Translations under genes and position numbers: made by a program
Part shown: in pieces, positions 48,373 to 56,257 of the stretch
Layout of the letters: each line of letters opens with the position of its first letter
Numbering within the stretch: the stretch's first letter is position 1
DNA from: a virus
Taxonomy: Duplodnaviria; Caudoviricetes
IMG/VR virus record: IMGVR_UViG_3300020371_000002
Length of the DNA stretch: 64,000 bases
Reading direction: 5' to 3' (one strand)
Notes under the pieces: model-generated
What the model was told of the DNA's origin: nothing
What the model saw: only the letters and a program-made list of their open reading frames with translations
Database searches by the model: none

Positions 48373-48621
48373 TTAATTACTATCTATAAGGGTTTTGTTC
48401 CATTTTTGACCGTAAATGGGTTCAGTACCATATTCCCAGTCATCATAATCCTCATCATTACGAATTCTTTCGTGAAATTCGTTCTGTTTTTTAAATTTTT
48501 CACCATCGTGAGCAATTTCACGAATCTGGTTTAGGTATCTGTCCGATTTTGGGTCAGTTATAAGCGTCATTCCCGAATTAATAAACTCTTCGCTCATATC
48601 TGGAACTGGATGAACAGACAT
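48373..48621 (-). CDS. Hypothetical protein, 82 aa
   Basis: ORF with a GGAG Shine-Dalgarno; late promoter variant CTAAATA at 48679-48685. Confidence 0.65.
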   Translation of the reverse strand: MSVHPVPDMSEEFINSGMTLITDPKSDRYLNQIREIAHDGEKFKKQNEFHERIRNDEDYDDWEYGTEPIYGQKWNKTLIDSN

Positions 48622-48677
48622 AATTGCCTCCTAGAGCTCTGCGGACAGAACTTTTATGGAGGTTTCTATCTCCAGTT

Positions 48678-49193
48678 CTATTTAGAGTCGAATTTCCAAT
48701 GGTTATTTGGTTGTTCCCACCAAAAATGCAAGTCTTCTACTGCATCGTTATAGTATAATGTTACAAAGTCACTCTTAAACTTACTTCCAAGGTTCTCACA
48801 AAGAGCAACTGTATAGTATTTGTTACTGGAAACCAGCTCCATTTGCTGTGTAATCCATGTATAGTTACCGCCCCTGATAACTCCAGCTTCAATCAGGACG
48901 AAATTATCCCATTTACGAGCCCAGTCAATGTACTTTTCCGCGAAATCGACCTTGTAGTCCAGACTATCTTCATCGGGGAAGGGTACATTTACCGATTCAA
49001 TATGAAAAATCTCCCCATCCATGGATAATGAATGAGAGAGATGTTGTGTAACAACCGCAGAATAGTCAGGAGACACCATCAAGAAGCATGTTTTTGATGG
49101 ATGAATGTCGATATCGGACATTTTGATTCGATATGACATCTCTTGGATCAGAGCCATCTCCTGATCCTGCGATATGAATTTAAGTTTTTTCAC
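48678..49193 (-). CDS. Hypothetical protein, possibly a degenerate phosphoribosyltransferase fold
   Basis: FVLIEAGVIRGGNY resembles the PRT loop (hhhhDD.h..G.T). GTG start. Confidence 0.5.
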   Translation of the reverse strand: MKKLKFISQDQEMALIQEMSYRIKMSDIDIHPSKTCFLMVSPDYSAVVTQHLSHSLSMDGEIFHIESVNVPFPDEDSLDYKVDFAEKYIDWARKWDNFVLIEAGVIRGGNYTWITQQMELVSSNKYYTVALCENLGSKFKSDFVTLYYNDAVEDLHFWWEQPNNHWKFDSK

Positions 49194-49196
49194 TAC

Positions 49197-49343
49197 TCAA
49201 CCAGCAGCAAGTGGTGAATGTACAGATGGTTCTGCTTTCGCTGCCTCTCTACGACCACCACCTACGACATAATTAAACTGCATTGCGTCTTCTTTAGCTG
49301 CAGGTTCTGCATTTGGAGACATTCTAGGATCTGAATCAGCCAT
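49197..49343 (-). CDS. Small hypothetical protein, 48 aa (not in ORF track)
   Basis: Hand translation MADSDPRMSPNAEPAAKEDAMQFNYVVGGGRREAAKAEPSVHSPLAAG; start overlaps the upstream stop. Confidence 0.55.
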   Translation of the reverse strand: MADSDPRMSPNAEPAAKEDAMQFNYVVGGGRREAAKAEPSVHSPLAAG

Positions 49344-49489
49344 TACTTTCCTTGACCTCGGTAACGTTTGCGTTTTGCGTTTGCGGAACTAGCAGAATAT
49401 TTAGAATTCTTGCCATTTCCCTGCCTCGTCTTCTTGGGAGTCGATTCAACAAAGGATTGACCTGAACGAGAGATCTTCTTAACAGCCAT
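49343..49489 (-). CDS. Small highly basic protein, 48 aa (not in ORF track)
   Basis: MAVKKISRSGQSFVESTPKKTRQGNGKNSKYSASSANAKRKRYRGQGK; CTAAATA late promoter at 49490-49496 directly upstream. Confidence 0.65.
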   Translation of the reverse strand: MAVKKISRSGQSFVESTPKKTRQGNGKNSKYSASSANAKRKRYRGQGK

Positions 49490-49570
49490 TATTTAGTCCT
49501 TAGAATTTGTTTTCGCGATTTTTTTGGGTTGACGACGCGGTTGAAACGCGCCGCCGCAGAATATAAGAGA

Positions 49571-50347
49571 TCAGATGACTCGGGTCTTTTCGTGACCAAC
49601 ACGAATCAGAGGATCACACCAGATCTCATAACCAGCCTCTTTGGCATCCAGACAGAAGGAGACATCCTCTCCACACATGTCTTGAACTTCACCAGAATCA
49701 AAGACCTGCATCTTAGGTGCAAACCAAGGATATTCCATCTTAGGATCTTCAAACACACCGTGCTTAATCAGAGTCCAACCGAAACCAGTGTAGTCAACTG
49801 TGAATGCCTTACGACGACGTGAGATGGATTCTCCAGTCTCGTGGTTCATGACACCACCATTCTTTGCGAAGTCATCTTCTTCCAACCAGTGAGCAACCGA
49901 GGTAGTCTTTCCGTCCTCAGTCATATACCAGCCACATGCAATATCCTTATCCATTGCAACGAGACGGTAGAACTTCTCTGAATCGAAAACAATGTCGGAG
50001 TCAATCCACAGTTGGTAATCATACTTGAGTTTACCATCCCAAGGAAGTTGATTAGGACCTCGAAGTACATTGGCACCCAGCACCTTACAACGTGCAAAGT
50101 TAACCATCGAGGAGTAGTCTTGTGAAATTTGAATACTTGCACCACGTTGTACAAGATCAAAACAGAGTTGTACGAAACTCTTCAAAAATTGATATGAGAC
50201 TCCTCGACCAGGAAGACAGAAGACAATTGCTTTACCTTTGACCATCTCTTGTGCAGCTTCGAGATTAAAGGCGTCTTCTACTTTCTTTGGTTTGGGAGCG
50301 TTTGCTTTAACGGTAAATCCTTTAGCCATAGTGTTGAATAGTGACAA
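49571..50347 (-). CDS. GT-A fold (GT2-like) glycosyltransferase-like protein; likely start at MAKG (50329)
   Basis: NFAR...YQLWIDSDIVF (DxD motif), GFGWTLIK..VF, GEDVSFC, GH.K. CTAAATA late promoter at 50398-50404. Confidence 0.65.
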   Translation of the reverse strand: MSLFNTMAKGFTVKANAPKPKKVEDAFNLEAAQEMVKGKAIVFCLPGRGVSYQFLKSFVQLCFDLVQRGASIQISQDYSSMVNFARCKVLGANVLRGPNQLPWDGKLKYDYQLWIDSDIVFDSEKFYRLVAMDKDIACGWYMTEDGKTTSVAHWLEEDDFAKNGGVMNHETGESISRRRKAFTVDYTGFGWTLIKHGVFEDPKMEYPWFAPKMQVFDSGEVQDMCGEDVSFCLDAKEAGYEIWCDPLIRVGHEKTRVI

Positions 50348-50400
50348 TGATATTTTACCACGGTAATTCAGTCATTGCAACAACCGTGATGTTGAGTTAT

Positions 50401-50568
50401 TTAGCCTTGTTCGCAGGGGACGATTTTGATCTTTTCCTTACAGAGATCATCATCCCTATACCAATCAAAATACTCCTTGACAAACGTCATCTTGTGATCA
50501 AGATCTTCTTTTCGACAAGCTTCTATGATCTTATGCTTGCCGATATAAACATCATAAGTTGAACTCAT
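50401..50568 (-). CDS. Small hypothetical protein, 55 aa (not in ORF track)
   Basis: Hand translation MSSTYDVYIGKHKIIEACRKEDLDHKMTFVKEYFDWYRDDDLCKEKIKIVPCEQG. Confidence 0.5.
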   Translation of the reverse strand: MSSTYDVYIGKHKIIEACRKEDLDHKMTFVKEYFDWYRDDDLCKEKIKIVPCEQG

Positions 50569-50749
50569 CTTGAATCTTACCTAATAGATCTTCCAATTCC
50601 TGTTTTAAACAATGGTTCAAAAGAAATGTTTCATCATTTTCGATACGATACTGAATGGCTTCAACTAGGAGTTCAATTTCATATTGATCTACATCTAGTG
50701 ACATATTCGTATTACATGTTCTTCAAATATACTTATAAGAATAATAGTT

Positions 50750-50950
50750 TTAATAACTACATTCTTCATAGGACTTTAACTTAGTTTCTTCAAGGAAACG
50801 TATAGGCAGTATATCCAGATTCCAGAAGTCCTCCTCAGGAATCTTGCTTAGTGTCTCTTCCAACTCAGAGGAACTTAAACATGATGCAATTACATCGTAA
50901 CCTTTGTTGCTTCTCTTATAGAGGTGGAATTTGATCTCATGCATAAACAC
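50750..50950 (-). CDS. Hypothetical protein
   Basis: ORF downstream of a sigma70-type promoter. Confidence 0.5.
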   Translation of the reverse strand: MFMHEIKFHLYKRSNKGYDVIASCLSSSELEETLSKIPEEDFWNLDILPIRFLEETKLKSYEECSY

Positions 50951-50973
50951 TTTTTGGAATGTTCACATTATCT

Positions 50974-51002
50974 ATAATACCACTAAGGTTCGCAGAGATC
51001 AA
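50974..51002 (-). promoter_or_regulatory. Sigma70-type promoter TTGATC-17-TATTAT
   Basis: Canonical spacing with an extended -10 (TG-n). Confidence 0.65.
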
Positions 51003-51156
51003 GTATGTTACCTTCTGACATTAATCTATGTCTCTTACCTGTTACTCTTGCCCTATTACTAGCTGTCCTATATGCAGATGCTACATGGTGCATAGTCTGA
51101 TAGTGTTTCCAATAACCGAATTGGTCTTGGTATTCTATATCGACCTTTTGGCTCAT
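50983..51156 (-). CDS. Small hypothetical protein, 57 aa (not in ORF track)
   Basis: MSQKVDIEYQDQFGYWKHYQTMHHVASAYRTASNRARVTGKRHRLMSEGNILDLCEP. Confidence 0.6.
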   Translation of the reverse strand: MSQKVDIEYQDQFGYWKHYQTMHHVASAYRTASNRARVTGKRHRLMSEGNILDLCEP

Positions 51157-51302
51157 TTTTATACCTGAAAAATTTTTTTAATTCACTTATAATCACTCTC
51201 GCGTTTTTGGTCCGTTGTAGGTTAGGTTCCCTGTACGCTTTTAATATCGCTCAGGGATCGCTACACATAAGGACACAAAATACCTGCTCATTCGCTGCTC
51301 TT

Positions 51303-51331
51303 ATTATCGCATAGTTTGGGGAGAATGGCAA
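51303..51331 (-). promoter_or_regulatory. Sigma70-type promoter TTGCCA-17-GATAAT
   Basis: Canonical spacing with an extended -10; followed by a leader of about 140 nt. Confidence 0.55.
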
Positions 51332-51351
51332 CACCCTCCCCAGAGACTGCC

Positions 51352-51543
51352 TCAGATCAGTGTAGCGTGCTTGTCGTTAATCTTGCCACGATTCGTGTTA
51401 GTCCTGATGCCCTTAGTTTGTGTAAGCACGAGCATAGACTTCCGAGGTTTTGCTGCTTTCAGCACGGTGTACTTAACTTTACCCTGAGCATCAGCAATTG
51501 CCAAGTCAAGTTTAGAAGAGGTTGCGAGAGTGGTGAGATCCAT
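51352..51543 (-). CDS. Small basic hypothetical protein
   Basis: 63-aa ORF in the early array. Confidence 0.55.
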   Translation of the reverse strand: MDLTTLATSSKLDLAIADAQGKVKYTVLKAAKPRKSMLVLTQTKGIRTNTNRGKINDKHATLI

Positions 51544-51589
51544 GATGAAAAAAGTGAGTTCAGAGAGTGTTAACGAAAGGGAGGCAATC

Positions 51590-51913
51590 TTAGTTCAGAC
51601 GCATACCACTAAAGAAAGGAATTGAAGTGCCATCCTGAAGACGAACGTTCCAAACATATGCCTTCTGATATACACGTTCACCTGGCAGACCATTATACTC
51701 AAGGATCGCATTTAGACGACTCTTAGTTGTATTGGACTGCCACCCACCATCATACAATTCGATGAATCCCTCACCGATTGTAGCAATGTGGTTTCCGTGG
51801 AGATATACACGAGAGACCTCAGACTGCTCATCGAAAGTAACAGCGGTATTGGCAGACTGCCAGTTGATGCTGTTAGCGATTGCAGTGTTCATTTGTTGCT
51901 CGATCTTTCTCAT
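51590..51913 (-). CDS. Cyanophage early hypothetical protein, 107 aa
   Basis: MRKIEQQM..AI.....W...NT.V...VYLHGNHIA...GGWQSNTTKSRLNAIL; AAGGA Shine-Dalgarno; promoter element E1 upstream. Confidence 0.7.
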   Translation of the reverse strand: MRKIEQQMNTAIANSINWQSANTAVTFDEQSEVSRVYLHGNHIATIGEGFIELYDGGWQSNTTKSRLNAILEYNGLPGERVYQKAYVWNVRLQDGTSIPFFSGMRLN

Positions 51914-51940
51914 GATTGTCCTTTGTTTGTTGTTATCCTA

Positions 51941-51998
51941 ATTATAGGGCATGAGAGGACCTCTGGCGGGTAATAGTGGACACCTTAGAGATTGGCAC
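51941..51998 (-). promoter_or_regulatory. Early promoter element E1
   Basis: Plus-strand GTGGACA-N10-TGGCAC at 51976-51998; -10 TATAAT 29 nt away. Confidence 0.75.
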
Positions 51999-52053
51999 AT
52001 AACTGCTCTGAATTCTCTAAGCATTCGATGGTTTTCTGAAACTCCACAGAGTC

Positions 52054-52082
52054 ATTATACATTGCCCCACTAAGTATGGCAA
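52054..52082 (-). promoter_or_regulatory. Sigma70-type promoter TTGCCA-17-TATAAT
   Basis: Canonical spacing with an extended -10. Confidence 0.65.
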
Positions 52083-52138
52083 ACCTCTGAGGCACTTCGA
52101 GACATTTAGAGTCCTTATATGTGGTTTTGGGAATGTGC

Positions 52139-52167
52139 TTGACTTTTCAGAGATTTCATGGTAGACT
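52139..52167 (+). promoter_or_regulatory. Plus-strand sigma70-type promoter TTGACT-17-TAGACT (antisense to the early array)
   Basis: Near-consensus hexamers, 17-nt spacer and TG-n extension. Confidence 0.6.
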
Positions 52168-52329
52168 GAACGCCAAGATGACTATAAAATCTCCCCTTTA
52201 TTATAAGAACTCACGAAAGAGATAGAGCACGCAACTATGTTTTTTTAACCATTTATTTAATAGCATAAAAAATACTGCCCAGTAACTGAGCAGCATATTC
52301 TGAGATACTTCCGAGGGTATTTGAGCACC

Positions 52330-52515
52330 TCAGAGCACTCCTGATTTCTCCTCTTGAATGATGCTTACTGTATCTCTTAGAATGAGCAAGTTCTCATACA
52401 TAATGCCCTTATCAGGATTGCTCACAGTAGTGTACGGTTTGAGTGCTTGAAGCGTGAGCATTTTAATTAGAGTGAGTTGCTCATCAGTGAAATTAGTTTG
52501 GTATGTTCTAGGCAT
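52330..52515 (-). CDS. Small hypothetical protein
   Basis: 61-aa ORF overlapping the upstream stop. Confidence 0.5.
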   Translation of the reverse strand: MPRTYQTNFTDEQLTLIKMLTLQALKPYTTVSNPDKGIMYENLLILRDTVSIIQEEKSGVL

Positions 52516-52687
52516 TGAATTGTCCTAGGTTTTCAACATAAACGCTCTTCACTCTCTCCTTATCTCTCAGTTCTAAAAGTTCTTTCCAATTCCATTCACT
52601 CGGACGCACACAGTTTGTATCATCTACTGTGAAATCTAGAGTAACACGATAGCGGGTGAATGTACGCTTTTTCGTTTTGAGAGACAT
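52508..52687 (-). CDS. Small hypothetical protein, 59 aa (not in ORF track)
   Basis: MSLKTKKRTFTRYRVTLDFTVDDTNCVRPSEWNWKELLELRDKERVKSVYVENLGQFNA. Confidence 0.55.
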   Translation of the reverse strand: MSLKTKKRTFTRYRVTLDFTVDDTNCVRPSEWNWKELLELRDKERVKSVYVENLGQFNA

Positions 52688-52968
52688 GAGCAGAATAGCG
52701 ATGGGTTAGTGATACACTATTTTAGTGTTTATTGGTCTTATTGTCAATGGCATAACCATAGTAAATTAGCACTTCCTTATATAGATCCTCACTATATTTG
52801 TACATCCGTTCGGCGTAGTTGTTGTGCTTCTGGTGGTTCGAAGTTGCAATGGTGTTGCTCATAATAAATCAGAGTTTCTTGAAGTGTTAAAATTTTGGGC
52901 GCGGCGTCAGTCTCACAAACAATGTAAGATCTTTCACGAGTGTGTACATCTGAAGCAAGGCGAATCAT

Positions 52969-53262
52969 TTACTTAGAATACAATGTGCCAACGTTTGATT
53001 GTATAAAGTCCTTGGTATCTTGTACCGTGGGAAATGTTCTTAATCGGGTCATGATTTGAACGGTTTCGCCATCTTCCAACTTCTGAGGCGTGTACTTATA
53101 AAGAATAAATCCTTCGCCGTCGATGTTAGTAATGATTTGACCAAAGAGCAACCCATTAAAAAAGATCCACTCCTTATGCCACACTTTCTCGTCGGGATCC
53201 ATCTTGTAAGTGACATTGAACTCAGGGCGAGTTGTGCTTACTTGGGGATTGTAGATAACCAT
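52969..53262 (-). CDS. Hypothetical protein, 97 aa
   Basis: ORF in the early array. Confidence 0.6.
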   Translation of the reverse strand: MVIYNPQVSTTRPEFNVTYKMDPDEKVWHKEWIFFNGLLFGQIITNIDGEGFILYKYTPQKLEDGETVQIMTRLRTFPTVQDTKDFIQSNVGTLYSK

Positions 53263-53268
53263 AATGAA

Positions 53269-53481
53269 TTAAGCAGTGAGTTGATAGATTGTAGCGATTT
53301 TAGATTGAATAGACGAAACACGATCAGCAACAGGAATGCCACCAATTAATTCATCCTCTGGGGCATTAATATCATCATACTCAATATACTCATCCAGTGC
53401 GGCACTAATTGTATCCCACTCGGCATCTGTAAAGAGTTGTTTGTAGATTGCGGCGGAAGTTGCTTGAGAATCGAGAGACAT
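53269..53481 (-). CDS. Small acidic hypothetical protein
   Basis: 70-aa ORF with the motif FTDAEWDTISAAL. Confidence 0.6.
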   Translation of the reverse strand: MSLDSQATSAAIYKQLFTDAEWDTISAALDEYIEYDDINAPEDELIGGIPVADRVSSIQSKIATIYQLTA

Positions 53482-53517
53482 AATAAAGTGAAGTAAGTGT
53501 GAACGAAAAAAGGACGA

Positions 53518-53670
53518 TTAGGAAACTTTGATGATGCGATAGCAGTGAGTATCGCTCCACATTTGATTGTAAGTTGCCATCAAGTTCAGGCATTTCATCA
53601 AGTTCATCGGTTGATAAACTGTGTTTTCCCAGTTGCTAACTTTGTGAAATTTGATCTGAAGTTGATACAT
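53518..53670 (-). CDS. Small hypothetical protein; start reassigned to MYQLQ (50 aa)
   Basis: The ORF-track start lies inside promoter element E2; the first ATG after the promoter is at 53670. Confidence 0.5.
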   Translation of the reverse strand: MYQLQIKFHKVSNWENTVYQPMNLMKCLNLMATYNQMWSDTHCYRIIKVS

Positions 53671-53700
53671 TTGAAAAGTGCGATTCGTTTGATTAATACT

Positions 53701-53758
53701 AGTATTGCAGATCTGGCACGGTTTGGCGGATTTAGTGGACACCTTGACGATTGTCCAC
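53701..53758 (-). promoter_or_regulatory. Early promoter element E2
   Basis: Perfect GTGGACA-N10-TGTCCAC at 53735-53758; -10-like AATACT. Confidence 0.75.
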
Positions 53759-53772
53759 CTTGATTTCTCTGC

Positions 53773-54102
53773 TCAACTCTTGTACACTTTCAAAAGTTCA
53801 AGCACACAATAGTAAGCATCATTGAACGAATCGAAAGAATCAACGCCAGATGTTACACTAGTAAATTCAGCACCACTCTCATGATATGTGATGGAATGCT
53901 TACGGCAAACAGTGAATTGATCGACCCATTTAGTATCACTCTCATCACGAATAGCGGTGTGATTGATGTGAATGTTAGGATTCACTTTCGAGCGATAAAT
54001 GGAGCGAGTGTTCAGATGATTTGCTGTGAATTCATCACCATAATAGTTTTCAAATTTGATGCCTTGAGAGAATTGAGAAGCGATAACGTTTGTTTTGTTC
54101 AT
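53773..54102 (-). CDS. Hypothetical protein; start reassigned to MNKTN (109 aa)
   Basis: First ATG downstream of element E3. Confidence 0.5.
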   Translation of the reverse strand: MNKTNVIASQFSQGIKFENYYGDEFTANHLNTRSIYRSKVNPNIHINHTAIRDESDTKWVDQFTVCRKHSITYHESGAEFTSVTSGVDSFDSFNDAYYCVLELLKVYKS

Positions 54103-54108
54103 ATAGGT

Positions 54109-54166
54109 ATGATTGCACAAAAATTACCGCTTTGGCACTTTCCACAGACACTAGTCCCGCTGGCAC
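54109..54166 (-). promoter_or_regulatory. Early promoter element E3 (degenerate)
   Basis: ACAGACA-N10-TGGCAC at 54144-54166; -10-like AATCAT. Confidence 0.55.
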
Positions 54167-54175
54167 ACTACATGT

Positions 54176-54421
54176 TCATGCGGTTACATTGTTAGTTTGT
54201 TCGAGCAATCGTTCCCACTCTTTAACATCTCCACAATAATGGTTAATTACTTCTTCCTCTAGTTCGAGATCATTACACTTTGTGTAATAATCGTAGAGTT
54301 GGTCATAAGCAATCTGGAGCAATGTGTCCATGTCCATGTTATCCACGATTTCATTGGCAAACTTATCACAGATTGCTTCAAATTGCGGATAAGGTAGGCG
54401 ATGTGCGGCAGATTCAGTCAT
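54176..54421 (-). CDS. Small acidic hypothetical protein; likely start MTESAA (81 aa)
   Basis: The ATG at 54421 overlaps the upstream stop. Confidence 0.55.
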   Translation of the reverse strand: MTESAAHRLPYPQFEAICDKFANEIVDNMDMDTLLQIAYDQLYDYYTKCNDLELEEEVINHYCGDVKEWERLLEQTNNVTA

Positions 54422-54734
54422 CGGAGCAAGTTTCGAGTTTGGCGTAGATTGAGTCAATTTCGGGAGGCAATTTGTTCTCGGGAACATCAGTTAAGGCACT
54501 ATCCAAATAATAAAGAATCGTGCTAACTTCGCCTTCCGTGAATGTAATTACATGTTCACGGTTAAGTTCATCTTCCGTGGGCAATCCGTCATCAATAAAT
54601 TCTAACCCTTCGGATTCAGATTCATACCAAAATTTATCCCACTCTTTTGGATCGTTTGTAACATCCTCGGTCATTGGTTTGTAGCAAGTGAGTTTTTTAA
54701 GTTGGTCTTTTAAGTCAGAAAAAATGTCATCCAT
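54414..54734 (-). CDS. Acidic hypothetical protein
   Basis: 106-aa ORF coupled to the upstream gene. Confidence 0.55.
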   Translation of the reverse strand: MDDIFSDLKDQLKKLTCYKPMTEDVTNDPKEWDKFWYESESEGLEFIDDGLPTEDELNREHVITFTEGEVSTILYYLDSALTDVPENKLPPEIDSIYAKLETCSDD

Positions 54735-54922
54735 CAGAAAGGATTGCTCCAGTTGTATGCTTGATAGTCAGTTACATCGCCTTCTTTGTTGAGCATGTCC
54801 ACGAAATTGTTCCATGCTTCACGTTTAGCGATCTTGTCGTATTTGAGTGACTTATCGGACATAACTGCCACTTTCCAGTTGTAACGAAACTGGTCGAGAA
54901 CTTGTGCTTTAGTGTGACGCAT
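54734..54922 (-). CDS. Cyanophage early hypothetical protein, 62 aa
   Basis: TKAQVLDQFRYNW...D.IAKREAWNNFVD.L.K.G...W.NPF; downstream of element E4. Confidence 0.7.
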   Translation of the reverse strand: MRHTKAQVLDQFRYNWKVAVMSDKSLKYDKIAKREAWNNFVDMLNKEGDVTDYQAYNWSNPF

Positions 54923-54948
54923 GTGAAGTGATTTGCTTAACTTTTAAT

Positions 54949-55005
54949 ATAATAACCCATAACCAGTGCAATGGGGAAAATAGTGGACAGCGCGTAAACT
55001 GTCAC
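54949..55005 (-). promoter_or_regulatory. Early promoter element E4
   Basis: GTGGACA-N10-TGTCAC at 54983-55005; -10 TATTAT. Confidence 0.75.
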
Positions 55006-55019
55006 AGTGGGGATTGCCA

Positions 55020-55295
55020 TTAAATCATACATTGTTCAAGAATTGATAGACGAAGAGGCATAGCAGTGTAGGGCGATGTGTCCTCAATGTTGACTACTTC
55101 GCCGATTCTTTTACTGTTGATGGGAGCATGATACTGTTGTTTCTTGGTGTTATAGAATCCCCAGATACAACGAGATTCATCACCATTATTGTAATTAAAC
55201 CGACCATTATATACAGTCCAGATTGCAATAACATTAGTTTTTTGTTGAATGAACTCATAGTGATAACCCTCTGGCGGTTGATGATAAAATTCCAT
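55020..55295 (-). CDS. Cyanophage hypothetical protein, 91 aa
   Basis: HQPPEGYHY...IWGFYN.KK..YHAPINS...TSPYTAM. Confidence 0.65.
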   Translation of the reverse strand: MEFYHQPPEGYHYEFIQQKTNVIAIWTVYNGRFNYNNGDESRCIWGFYNTKKQQYHAPINSKRIGEVVNIEDTSPYTAMPLRLSILEQCMI

Positions 55296-55313
55296 ATAAG
55301 AATTTACATAGTA

Positions 55314-55730
55314 TTAACGAATGTAGAGATAACTGCCTGCCCAGTCAGCACGAGCAAGACATGTTTCTCTGCTGCTCTCATCGAGTAAATTATATCGCAC
55401 TCCGTTTACTTGTGGTTTAGACCATGATGCTGCTTTCCATACGTCACCATTGTTCTTATCAATGAAGCAATGTACACTTCTTTGATTGTAATCTTGGTGG
55501 ATTACTTTCAAGAACCGACGACCAACTTTAATATAAAATTTGTTCTCATGTTCGTCACTCTCTTGAATTTCTTTAATCTTTCGGATGTGATAAACTTCAT
55601 CATCTTGCTGACTAATAATGGCACGTTGATGCCATTTAATGCCATCTTGTTTTAGATCCTCTTGAAGCGCAACGCACAGTGCATTGGCATACTTAACGAT
55701 GAGATCTGTTTGAGAAAGTGTAGCGGTCAT
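55314..55730 (-). CDS. Phage hypothetical protein, 138 aa
   Basis: GRRFLKVI...SVHCFIDK.NGDVWKAASW.KP...VRYNL; ends WAGSYLY. Confidence 0.65.
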   Translation of the reverse strand: MTATLSQTDLIVKYANALCVALQEDLKQDGIKWHQRAIISQQDDEVYHIRKIKEIQESDEHENKFYIKVGRRFLKVIHQDYNQRSVHCFIDKNNGDVWKAASWSKPQVNGVRYNLLDESSRETCLARADWAGSYLYIR

Positions 55731-55732
55731 GA

Positions 55733-55921
55733 TTATTTTGTGGGGAAGTTTTTGAGTACGGCGTCACATAGGTTTTTTTCTAATTCATATAGATCATCAT
55801 AACTTTCAAATCTGAATGAATCAATGATGCTACCAATGTCTTCCATGAGTTGTTCACGAGCAGTCAGCAGATCCAGATTAGTGTTCATTTTGGAATAGGT
55901 GAAAGTTGATATGAAAGACAT
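55733..55921 (-). CDS. Small hypothetical protein
   Basis: REQLMEDI...LCDAV..NFP. Confidence 0.55.
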   Translation of the reverse strand: MSFISTFTYSKMNTNLDLLTAREQLMEDIGSIIDSFRFESYDDLYELEKNLCDAVLKNFPTK

Positions 55922-55924
55922 AAA

Positions 55925-56176
55925 TCAACAGGCACATGCCATTGCAGAGTTGAACAGTTGTGGAATCATAGATTCGTCGGTTACTTGATAACCATAACCA
56001 TGAGTACGAGAATCAAACTCATACTTAAAATCTTTTTTGTTGATGTAACGCTTGGATTGCGTTTTGCCCATGAAAGTGACAACCTTGAGCATCAAGCGAT
56101 TGTGAATCTGACCCGTGTGAAATTTGACGGGATAGAAATCAACAACCATGTTGCCGTCTTTAGAAGTGAGTTGCAT
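55925..56176 (-). CDS. Cyanophage early hypothetical protein, 83 aa
   Basis: MQLTSKDGNMVVDFYPVK...; downstream of element E5. Confidence 0.65.
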   Translation of the reverse strand: MQLTSKDGNMVVDFYPVKFHTGQIHNRLMLKVVTFMGKTQSKRYINKKDFKYEFDSRTHGYGYQVTDESMIPQLFNSAMACAC

Positions 56177-56199
56177 GATGAAATCCCTTTGACTCTTTA

Positions 56200-56257
56200 A
56201 TAATACACCCTGGCGCGTCTCCTGGCGCCTCTGGTGGACTGTTTAGGAAGTGTCCTA
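56200..56257 (-). promoter_or_regulatory. Early promoter element E5
   Basis: GTGGACT-N10-TGTCCT at 56234-56256; -10 TATTAT. Confidence 0.7.

Noticed and set aside
51200-51300. Possible tRNA in the intergenic region
   Set aside because: No cloverleaf, no TTCGA T-loop and no CCA end could be found. No tRNA or rRNA genes were recognised anywhere in the window.
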